From IMG/VR virus record IMGVR_UViG_3300042261_002385, positions 124,001-188,000 of that record: a stretch of DNA of 64,000 nt; one strand, given 5' to 3'. Below, one piece after another: positions 56,286-64,000 of the stretch (its first letter is position 1; every line of letters begins with the position of its first letter). The notes under the pieces were generated by a model. It made no database searches, was not told the origin of the DNA, and worked only from the letters and a program-made list of their open reading frames with translations. The translations under genes and the position numbers were made by a program.

Positions 56286-57553
56286 ACTATTCTAACTCTC
56301 AAAGCTCCAGCATTATGATAAAACTCACCTAAAGATATACCACCAGCAGCGGCTGCAGCATCATTAGCATAGTTTCGACCGGAAGCGTAACTTGACATCT
56401 TAAGTCTATCCGCAGAAAATGTTCCATTTACTTGCAAATTTGTATGTATGTATATACCATATCCACCAACTGTAGGAACGGTGGAGCTATTTCCTATCAT
56501 GTAAAATCTGATTTCGCCTATTGCAGGGTTGCCAAATGTTATTAATCTTGAATCACTAGTTCCACTTCCAGTTGTATTAATATAAGCGCGACTGCCAAAA
56601 TAAAGTTCATCATATGGACTTGTAATACCAGCCGGGACCGAATAACCGTACGAAATAAGACCGGATGATTGTGAAGCACCTGTGCTAAGTTTTTTCCAAA
56701 GTCTTATTCCCGCGCTTTCATTGGTCTGTGTAATTTCAAAATTTGTCCAACTATCCGACACACCAGTAGTAAAAGGCGAAAAAGAAGATGACGTTTGCAC
56801 TCTAAGCTGTGACCTAGACAAATTTCCGGTAGTTGAAGATCCTATAAATATTCTACCATTACTTGGATTAATTTTCGGAGAAACAGTTGTATTAGTATAT
56901 AAAAGTGTAGTTCCAGTCGAATTTGCAAATATTAGATATGAAGTACCAGACACTGAGTAAGAATTAACACCAACATTTGTAGCATTTGTGGCAAATGTAG
57001 AGTAAACAGCACTTGTTGCGTTACCTACTGTAATAGATCCAGGGGCAATCCAAGATGATTGACCAGAACCACCAACACCGGAAGTCATTATATAGTTTGC
57101 GTTTGAAGAATTTTGTAGTCTATTCAAAGTCAAAGTTCCAGACGTCACATGGTCTGCATCTAAGTTTGTGATTAAAGAACCGTCTCCTATAAAATTGCTT
57201 GAGGATTTTATAACTCCAGTCACATCTAATGCGTATGCGGGTGAGTTATTTCCAATTCCAACATAAACACCGTCATCATAAATATTTGAGTCAGCTACAG
57301 TAGTCGATGTAGTAAATTTAGGTATTTTATTCACCGTTCCTGAGCCACCAATTGAAACAGAATTCTCACTACTATAAGTAGAACCATCCCAAACATAAGG
57401 TAGTCCATCATTTAAGTCCCAGACTCTCATACCTACATATTTCCATTCAATAAAGTCACGATGAGTGTAAAAAGATTGAGAACCAACAACAAATCTATTA
57501 TCTATTGGAACTGATGAATTTAGATAAAACTGGTCTATAATCTGTATTGCCAT
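56282..57553 (-). CDS. Tail-fibre-like virion protein
   Basis: PIDNRFVV..YVGMRVW, GTVNKIPKFT, VGIGNNSPAYALDVTG, NLDADHVTSGTL fibre-type motifs; TTTTATATATA at 57558-57568. Confidence 0.68.
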   Translation of the reverse strand: MAIQIIDQFYLNSSVPIDNRFVVGSQSFYTHRDFIEWKYVGMRVWDLNDGLPYVWDGSTYSSENSVSIGGSGTVNKIPKFTTSTTVADSNIYDDGVYVGIGNNSPAYALDVTGVIKSSSNFIGDGSLITNLDADHVTSGTLTLNRLQNSSNANYIMTSGVGGSGQSSWIAPGSITVGNATSAVYSTFATNATNVGVNSYSVSGTSYLIFANSTGTTLLYTNTTVSPKINPSNGRIFIGSSTTGNLSRSQLRVQTSSSFSPFTTGVSDSWTNFEITQTNESAGIRLWKKLSTGASQSSGLISYGYSVPAGITSPYDELYFGSRAYINTTGSGTSDSRLITFGNPAIGEIRFYMIGNSSTVPTVGGYGIYIHTNLQVNGTFSADRLKMSSYASGRNYANDAAAAAGGISLGEFYHNAGALRVRIV

Positions 57554-57583
57554 ATACTATATATAAAATTTTAATTACTCATA

Positions 57584-59107
57584 TTAAAAATTAAACTCAT
57601 ATAAAGTAGAGTTTGTAAATGTTGGAGGTGAAGTCCATTTATAAATATAAAATTTCTTACCAGCCCATAGACCAGTAGGAGAAGAAAAAATAGATGAAGT
57701 AGCTGAAAAGGAGGCCGAGAACGTTACTCCGAAATCATCATAAATATTTGATAGTGTTCCCCAATCAAAATCATAAATAAAATAAAAATAAGCCCCTGAA
57801 CCAAACAAATCTAGTTCTTTATTTTGTTTGAAAGACAATTCTTTATTCAAAGATAATAAACCTATATTTGTCATAGTAGCTAAAGTAGAATAACCATAAA
57901 AATATGGATATATCCCTGTTAAGGTTGTAGAAGCAGAGCCCGACTGTGTTCCATCACTAACTACTATTTTAAATTCAGTCGAAGTCGCTGATATAGGTGA
58001 TATTACTATTCCAGTGGAAGTTCCTTCAACATTTTGTTCTCCTACTCCTGATATAGCAGGGTAAGCTCCCGGTATCATGTTTTGTAAAGATGTAATAAGA
58101 GTTGGAAAAGTTCTTTTTTTAATTTTCCATTTGACTTGAGGAGATGGAAAAGTTCCAACTTCAGCATATCCACCAGAATAGGCACCAGTCAACTCAATTT
58201 GACCTTCAGGTGGTAAGTAAGGAAAAACAATTCTTTTTAACATCTCAACAATCGGTGATGAAGAAAAAGTAGAGCCAATAGCCAAATCATTAAAATCTAT
58301 AGGCATCATTCTACTATCTGTAAATTCAAGAGGATAGTCATTCATATAAACTGGCTGACCATAAAAATTTAATGATGATCCAGTTACTCCTAAAAATCCT
58401 CCAAGTGCTGAAAGTGGTGGAAATGAAATCTGATCCCAGCTAGTAGAAGCAGTTGACCCGGTCAATCCACTAAACATCAGTGTCTCTAAGTTACCTGGAT
58501 TATTAGAAGATAATGGAAAATTTATTTCATTAACAGAAACTGTTCCATAGTCACTTATCACTGAAATATTTCCGGAATTTATAAAATCTAATGATGTTGA
58601 GTTCTGTGTCAATCCGGTCACTATCTGAGATTGTATCAGCGGAGAATCCTGAAAAGTTGACGCACCAGTTCCGGATATTATTAGAATTTTAGTCGCCTCG
58701 TTTGATACTGTATCTAATTTAGTATTATAAAAAAAATGGTCAGTATCACTAGATAATAATGTAGAATCCATTATATTCACTGTTTGAGGATCAGTATAAG
58801 AATACGTTCCAGAATAAGCTCTTTTTCCGAAATATAATTTCCGACCTTTCAAATCTCTACTAGATGGATTGAGAGTGTCTATTCCAATGTATGAAACTGT
58901 TGAACCTGTTGTGTTTTTTGTTTCTTTGAATGGAAAACTTACATTTAGTGAGAATACCGCATTTCTAACAGATTCTGCTAAAATTAAACCAGAAGTATTG
59001 TTTCTTAGATTATAAAGAATTACATTGTTTAAATCAGAGCTTGTTCCACCAAGCTCGTAACCAGTAGATTGAGTAGCGGTTCCTATATTTATACTAAATG
59101 TAGCCAT
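57584..59107 (-). CDS. Virion structural protein (paralogue of 59110-60765)
   Basis: Shares YIGID..NP..RD.K, FFYNTK, PIVE....PY..P and YAEVGT with its neighbour. Confidence 0.6.
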   Translation of the reverse strand: MATFSINIGTATQSTGYELGGTSSDLNNVILYNLRNNTSGLILAESVRNAVFSLNVSFPFKETKNTTGSTVSYIGIDTLNPSSRDLKGRKLYFGKRAYSGTYSYTDPQTVNIMDSTLLSSDTDHFFYNTKLDTVSNEATKILIISGTGASTFQDSPLIQSQIVTGLTQNSTSLDFINSGNISVISDYGTVSVNEINFPLSSNNPGNLETLMFSGLTGSTASTSWDQISFPPLSALGGFLGVTGSSLNFYGQPVYMNDYPLEFTDSRMMPIDFNDLAIGSTFSSSPIVEMLKRIVFPYLPPEGQIELTGAYSGGYAEVGTFPSPQVKWKIKKRTFPTLITSLQNMIPGAYPAISGVGEQNVEGTSTGIVISPISATSTEFKIVVSDGTQSGSASTTLTGIYPYFYGYSTLATMTNIGLLSLNKELSFKQNKELDLFGSGAYFYFIYDFDWGTLSNIYDDFGVTFSASFSATSSIFSSPTGLWAGKKFYIYKWTSPPTFTNSTLYEFNF

Positions 59108-59109
59108 AT

Positions 59110-60765
59110 TTAAAATATAAATTCAAATTCACCAACACCGATATAACTACAAGTTCCTAAAGTCCTATACAAATAGTAATTTCCAAAATAAGTATAAGGA
59201 GTTGCTATAGTAATAGAATTTGAATAAGTAAATGATGAATATGTAAAATTGTTATAATCATGTAAGTAAAAGCCATTTGGGTCCTTAATATATTTTAGGT
59301 ATCCATACGTTGAAGGATAAGCAAAATATAAATATCCACTACCATCAACATCCATATTAATAGATTGGCTTAGACCAGGATAAGGAACAATTTTCTTTGT
59401 AGAAGAAATAGTCACACCAGTAAGAATACATCTTACCGAATCAGCTCTATCTACTTGCTGTTGAGCAGTTCCATCAACAACTAAGAAGTCTAAACTACTA
59501 GTTCCAACAAACGCACTCACAAACGGTTGTATAAAATTAATTGAAGCAGTAGCACTATATGAATAACCCCAAGGAGCTATCCATTGGTTTGAAACCTGTA
59601 GTCCATAATCAATCGAACCAGTTGCTGAACTATAGGTCGAACCACTAGCAGATAAGATAAGAGTGTTACCTGGAGCAGCCGAGTAACTGTAACCACCAAC
59701 ACTAAATGTAGGAGTAGAATAAGTTACTGAGTTTACTATGTAATAGTCTCTTATGTATTCATTTGAATCTCTAGCATAAGTCTTGATAGAAAAATTCAGT
59801 GTTATTGAAGGAGTTGTTCCAACTTCAGCATATGTTGTTCCAGTCACATTATTTACTGCAGTGATGGATAAGTCTGGAGCTATATACGGATATAATAACT
59901 TCCTAATCACTTCAACTATAGGCCAATTTTGATAAGCAGAGTTTATTGTTGAGTAATATGATGATGAAGTAAATGAGTCACCTTGTAAGATTCCACCAAT
60001 AGTCTCAGGAACAACTTGTCCATTTACTATAAACTCTAGAGGATATCCATTTACATAGCTTGAGCTACCATAAATGTAAGTTGGTGAACCAGTAGAACCA
60101 ATTACCGATGTTGTGACATCAGGATCAGCCCATCTCAAAAATCCGTTAGGATAAGTTCCATAATATTTTAAAATTTTACCATTAGATGCAGTGGCATTAG
60201 TTTCAGCAACTGTTGGAAAAGCTACTCCATTTATTCCTACTCTGCCAGAACTGGAATAAATATTTATAGCCCCACCTGCTAAAGACGGATTTTTAATGTC
60301 TAGATTTATCGCACTTTGAGTTAAACTATAACTAGCAGCTATAAAAGGAGCTGTATAAAAAAGACTAGAATCAGTTCCAGCCAATATGGAAATTTTCGTT
60401 TGGTTCTGTGAAACACTCTCTGGTTTTGTATTGTAAAAAAAGATATCGGCATCTGACGTATTAAGTAATGCATCACTGACGACATCTAAATTACCAACAG
60501 TTCTTTTACCTAAAAGAATTTTTTTCTTTATGTCTCTGTCTTCTGGATTTGCCGAATCGATTCCAATGTATTCAGTAGATATTGCATCTGGTGTGGTAAG
60601 TTTAAAAGCAGCTGAGGCCCAAGATGTAAAAATTGCGTCTCTTAAGTCCTTAGGAGATATTTTTTTCTGAACGTTATCAGGTAAATCAATTAACGCTGAG
60701 TAAATATCTGTTTTTCTTAGAGATTCTGTTATAGTTCCTACATTTATACTATAAGTTGCTGACAT
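59110..60765 (-). CDS. Virion structural protein (paralogue of 57584-59107)
   Basis: Same shared blocks; TTTAATATATA at 60785-60795. Confidence 0.6.
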   Translation of the reverse strand: MSATYSINVGTITESLRKTDIYSALIDLPDNVQKKISPKDLRDAIFTSWASAAFKLTTPDAISTEYIGIDSANPEDRDIKKKILLGKRTVGNLDVVSDALLNTSDADIFFYNTKPESVSQNQTKISILAGTDSSLFYTAPFIAASYSLTQSAINLDIKNPSLAGGAINIYSSSGRVGINGVAFPTVAETNATASNGKILKYYGTYPNGFLRWADPDVTTSVIGSTGSPTYIYGSSSYVNGYPLEFIVNGQVVPETIGGILQGDSFTSSSYYSTINSAYQNWPIVEVIRKLLYPYIAPDLSITAVNNVTGTTYAEVGTTPSITLNFSIKTYARDSNEYIRDYYIVNSVTYSTPTFSVGGYSYSAAPGNTLILSASGSTYSSATGSIDYGLQVSNQWIAPWGYSYSATASINFIQPFVSAFVGTSSLDFLVVDGTAQQQVDRADSVRCILTGVTISSTKKIVPYPGLSQSINMDVDGSGYLYFAYPSTYGYLKYIKDPNGFYLHDYNNFTYSSFTYSNSITIATPYTYFGNYYLYRTLGTCSYIGVGEFEFIF

Positions 60766-60798
60766 TAAGAATTACTTTTTTGATTATATATTAAAAAG

Positions 60799-60825
60799 AA
60801 AAAGCCTGATGATGTCACCAGGCTT
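60799..60825 (-). terminator. Intrinsic terminator
   Basis: On - strand: aagcctg-gtgacatcat-caggcttttt after ORF 60841-61242. Confidence 0.6.
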
Positions 60826-60840
60826 AAAATAATTTTCTTT

Positions 60841-61242
60841 TTAATTAAATAGAAACTCTAGCTTCATTAAGTCTTTAACTTTAGCAGTTTGTAGTTCTAA
60901 ATCTTCAAAGTTTATTTTTTCAAAAGGAATTTCATTCTCTACATCCATAAGACTTTTCATCTCCTGAGTAAAAGATTCAGGATCTGTCAGACTTACAGCA
61001 CCTGTAATTGTATTACCATCATTGTCTAGTGCTGGTCTAGGAATTCCATTTTCATCTTTTTCTACCCACTTATCTAAAATTCTCTTTTCCATTTTTAGCT
61101 TATCCTCAACAATTGAAGAAAGTTCTTTAATTATTCTGGATAAACGAAAAGCTGTTGATGCTTTAATATCTAATTCTATAAGAATATTTAAAGACTCGAT
61201 AGTTTCATTAGTTAGTTGAGAATTTTTTACTATTATTGACAT
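60841..61242 (-). CDS. DUF1617-like hypothetical protein
   Basis: TAFRLSRIIKEL...ILDKWVEKDENG pattern recognised from phage proteins near fibre genes. Confidence 0.5.
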   Translation of the reverse strand: MSIIVKNSQLTNETIESLNILIELDIKASTAFRLSRIIKELSSIVEDKLKMEKRILDKWVEKDENGIPRPALDNDGNTITGAVSLTDPESFTQEMKSLMDVENEIPFEKINFEDLELQTAKVKDLMKLEFLFN

Positions 61243-61266
61243 TGTTGATTTTTTTTTATTTTTATA

Positions 61267-61974
61267 TTATTTAATTGACAAATTGTTTAACCTGTTTTTC
61301 ATCATTTCAAAATAAGATTCTTCTTTTTCTATAAGAATGAAATCTCTTTGTAACCTCTGACATGCTTCTCCAACAGTTCCAGTTCCAGCAAAATTATCAA
61401 GAACAATATCACCTATATTAGAGTGCTTTTCAATCAAATTTGTTATAAGTGAAAGTGGTTTTTGAGTAGGATGTTTAAGTCTCTCTTTACCATGACAAAT
61501 AGGATACTTGTAAAAACCATTATCATATTCTGAATTAAATACAGGCTTGCTATCTTTTACAAAAGTAAAGAAATACTCAGTAGCGTTAGATAAATAATTT
61601 ATTTTAGAGTTAATTGGAACTGGGTTTGTTTTAATCCAAGCACAGACTCTTGGTTGTTTAAAGTCAAATTCTTCAGCCGCCTCTTTTATCTCATTCGATT
61701 TCCATATATCATAAAATACGATAAGAGTTCCTCCTTTTCTAAGAATTCTAGACCATTCTCTGAACAAACTTCTAAAATCAAGTTCGATTTTATCCCAATC
61801 ACCAAAATCTATTGATATATTATATTTTGTTGCCATTTCTTCCGGTGTGTCTTGAGAAATTTGTTTAAAGTTTGAACTTCTAGATATCAAATATGGTGGA
61901 TCTGTGATTATTAAATCAACACTTTCACTGTTGATTTTTGGTAATTCTTGTAAACAATCCCCTAAAATAATCAT
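61267..61974 (-). CDS. DNA N4-cytosine/N6-adenine methyltransferase (beta class)
   Basis: LIITDPPY (motif IV) precedes HPTQKP and VLDNFAGTGT (motif I). Confidence 0.9.
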   Translation of the reverse strand: MIILGDCLQELPKINSESVDLIITDPPYLISRSSNFKQISQDTPEEMATKYNISIDFGDWDKIELDFRSLFREWSRILRKGGTLIVFYDIWKSNEIKEAAEEFDFKQPRVCAWIKTNPVPINSKINYLSNATEYFFTFVKDSKPVFNSEYDNGFYKYPICHGKERLKHPTQKPLSLITNLIEKHSNIGDIVLDNFAGTGTVGEACQRLQRDFILIEKEESYFEMMKNRLNNLSIK

Positions 61975-62025
61975 TAACTATATATTTGAAAGACATGTTC
62001 TCTACAATTTAATATATAAATATAA

Positions 62026-62811
62026 ATGAAGAAAATTATGTTATCTGTTTATAACATACTCAAAGACTTGATTTTTTCTCAGAAGAAAATTGATAAATCA
62101 AAACTTCCATCTCAAGGACTTTTTTATAAAGATGACCTTAATATATTTATTAAAAGGGCAAAAGAAGAGGATATAAACGAGTATGAAAGAAATTTCGTAA
62201 AGAATAATTTAGGTCTAATAATTCAAAAAGTAAAACAGATAGTTGAAAATAATATTATTTTATCTAAAGGTTATTTATTTGAAGACCTAAAAAGTATAGA
62301 CGTTGTTTTCATTTTTCTTGAAATTGTAAAATATACTAAAAACCAAAGCATTGTCATAAATTATGTTGATGAAATTAATAACAAACTAGACGATATTGAG
62401 TTTAATCAAACTACATTTAACTATCATAAATTAAGTGACGAAGTTATGAAAAACTATAACCGTGAAGAAAAAAACTTTAAACTTAATGGATACACATACA
62501 CATTACCTTCAATTGGAGTAGAAAATAGTTTAACCTTCTTTTTGTTCCACAAATCAACATCACAAGATTCTCACGTTTATCAGAATCTTTTCTATGACTT
62601 CACATATTTTGTTGGAGATAAAAACTTTTTGACTTTTCAAGAGATTGAAAATCTGATACAAATTTTCAATCAAGATATTGAAAAAGAAGAATTAGAGAAA
62701 GTTAAAAAAACCTTAGAAGTCTTTATTCCGCTACAAAAATATTCTCTAATAAAAGACGGCAAAGAAATAGATATAAATTCTAAAATAGATTTAGAAAATA
62801 TCTGGAAATAA
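62026..62811 (+). CDS. Putative baseplate hub / tail assembly protein (T4 gp26/gp51-like)
   Basis: LPSQGLFY motif, DVVFIFLEI; TTTAATATATA at 62008-62018. Confidence 0.5.
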   Translation: MKKIMLSVYNILKDLIFSQKKIDKSKLPSQGLFYKDDLNIFIKRAKEEDINEYERNFVKNNLGLIIQKVKQIVENNIILSKGYLFEDLKSIDVVFIFLEIVKYTKNQSIVINYVDEINNKLDDIEFNQTTFNYHKLSDEVMKNYNREEKNFKLNGYTYTLPSIGVENSLTFFLFHKSTSQDSHVYQNLFYDFTYFVGDKNFLTFQEIENLIQIFNQDIEKEELEKVKKTLEVFIPLQKYSLIKDGKEIDINSKIDLENIWK

Positions 62812-62836
62812 AAAAACCTCCCAATATGAGAGGTTT
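62811..62836. terminator. Intrinsic terminator, probably bidirectional
   Basis: aaaaaacctc-ccaatat-gagaggttt between convergent genes. Confidence 0.65.
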
Positions 62837-62840
62837 GAAG

Positions 62841-64000
62841 TTAAACGAGTGATATAGATTTAATATCATTATATAAAGCCATTTTATCAGTCTCCATAAG
62901 TTTCATAATATCAAAAACTTTATCAGAAAAACCAGCTAAACAAAAAACATTACTTTCAGGTAACTGTAAAGTTCCATAACCAGCCAAGTCCCAAGAGTAA
63001 ACAAACGGATTAGCATCAAATCTTTTCTTGTAAGCTTTGAACTCAGAAGAAGGACTAGTATAACCCACCCAACCTTGCATATCACTTAAAATAATAACTC
63101 GGTCATATTTTTTGTTTGCTTTTTGAAAAATTGATTTAAAGTTAGTTCCACCACCAGAATACTTGAAGCTGTTTCTGATAGACATAACAGAATCTAATGG
63201 ATTATATGATTTATAATTAGCATTTGTTGCAAAAGTCATAACATCACAGTTATTAACTTTAGCTAAAATAGCACCAAATAGTGACGCTATTTCAGATGCT
63301 CTACCCATCATAGAACCAGAAACATCCATAACTACTAGTGTTTCACCATCAAATTTAGGAACGTTCTGAACAGAAATTTCCAACGCTTGGTTGATAGCAA
63401 CTAAGACCTCTCTAACTTCTTTTGATTGACCAACTTTTTCAATCTCATCAAAAGCTGTAGTGAAACGAAAAGGTAAAACTCGTGATTTTTTAATTAAATT
63501 CTCATCAACTAACATCTCACAAGCAGCCTTAACAGATTGAGGAGACTGAGTAATTATGTTTCTTAGATTTCTAAGAAGAGCAAAATATCCAATCTTTCTA
63601 GTTTCAATCAACTCAGACCAAGCATTTGATTTTAAATCAGCTAATTCTTCTTCAGACTCAGCAACTTGACCAACTTTAGACAATTTAGCTTCCCAAGTGT
63701 CTGTATTTTTAAGTTCACCTTTAATAAGTAACTCAAGTGCCTCTTTATTTCTAAATGTAGGAACCGGGTGAACTAAATTTACAATATCCACAAGTTTAAC
63801 TTCTTTATTCTCACCTTTATACTTAGCTAATTGATAACCATCAAATTTATCAAAAGCCTTAGCAAATCCTTTTTTCAAAGCATTTGGAAACTTTGGATTG
63901 TCTTTTTCGGTTTTATAAGCCAAATAATAAGAAAGAATTTCGGTCATATCATCAACTCTAACGACAACTTTGTTGTAAAAATCTTTACCCCAATCAGCCC
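62841..64000 (-). CDS. TROVE-domain (Ro60/Rsr-like) RNA-binding protein with vWA domain, 5'-truncated
   Basis: Frame open to window edge (ADWGKDFYNKVVVRVDDMTE); YQLAKY, LVHP, YFALLRNLRN, VLPFRF, DVSGSM (MIDAS), GGGT, LSDMQ. Confidence 0.88.
   Translation of the reverse strand, partial: ADWGKDFYNKVVVRVDDMTEILSYYLAYKTEKDNPKFPNALKKGFAKAFDKFDGYQLAKYKGENKEVKLVDIVNLVHPVPTFRNKEALELLIKGELKNTDTWEAKLSKVGQVAESEEELADLKSNAWSELIETRKIGYFALLRNLRNIITQSPQSVKAACEMLVDENLIKKSRVLPFRFTTAFDEIEKVGQSKEVREVLVAINQALEISVQNVPKFDGETLVVMDVSGSMMGRASEIASLFGAILAKVNNCDVMTFATNANYKSYNPLDSVMSIRNSFKYSGGGTNFKSIFQKANKKYDRVIILSDMQGWVGYTSPSSEFKAYKKRFDANPFVYSWDLAGYGTLQLPESNVFCLAGFSDKVFDIMKLMETDKMALYNDIKSISLV

Noticed and set aside
2465-61219. 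Other short opposite-strand or nested ORFs in the track (e.g. 2465, 3244, 3841, 3927, 6275, 23085, 23696, 27970, 29732, 30130, 31637, 31644, 36085, 36619, 36644, 39356, 41072, 42631, 45569, 48190, 48272, 51170, 53418, 56682, 61022)
   Set aside because: Fully or largely overlap better-supported genes and lack motifs or promoter context.
1-64000. Alternative genetic code (TAG/TGA reassignment), seen in some large phages
   Set aside because: Recognisable genes (recA, phoH, cysK, methylase) are full length in code 11, coding density is high, and TGA serves as a stop in ATGA overlaps.

Overview
AT-rich (by eye under ~30% GC; not computed), densely coded segment of a large tailed-phage genome, most consistent with a T4-like jumbo myophage. 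Standard genetic code; no rRNA, CRISPR array, integrase or transposase seen. A Bacteroidota host is suggested by TAnnTTTG (-7) and TTTG (-33) promoters and an Hc1-type histone-like gene. Content: part of a tape-measure-like gene; a virion/fibre cluster (9-29 kb, 56-61 kb) with Gly-Thr/Ser collagen-like, Asn beta-helix and Trp-pentapeptide repeats; and metabolism/replication genes (phoH, recA/uvsX, RuvC-like, cysK, QueC-like, DNA methylase, Nudix, ligase, phosphoesterases, TibC/Aah-like glycosyltransferase, TROVE/Ro60). Most notable observations: (1) three small ORFs each carry a different piece of a T4 gp23-type major capsid protein fused to a shared RKxxIxKI helix that also occurs in many unrelated small ORFs; (2) ~18 unrelated proteins start with a T4 capsid-targeting-sequence-like peptide and mostly follow a TTTAATATATA late-type promoter; (3) a non-canonical tRNA-Cys absent from the ORF track lies beside a minimal ligase; (4) a minimal PolA/T7-RNAP-like polymerase; (5) one predicted mRNA whose 5' and 3' ends are exactly complementary. 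All homology calls are by motif recognition, without database searches.
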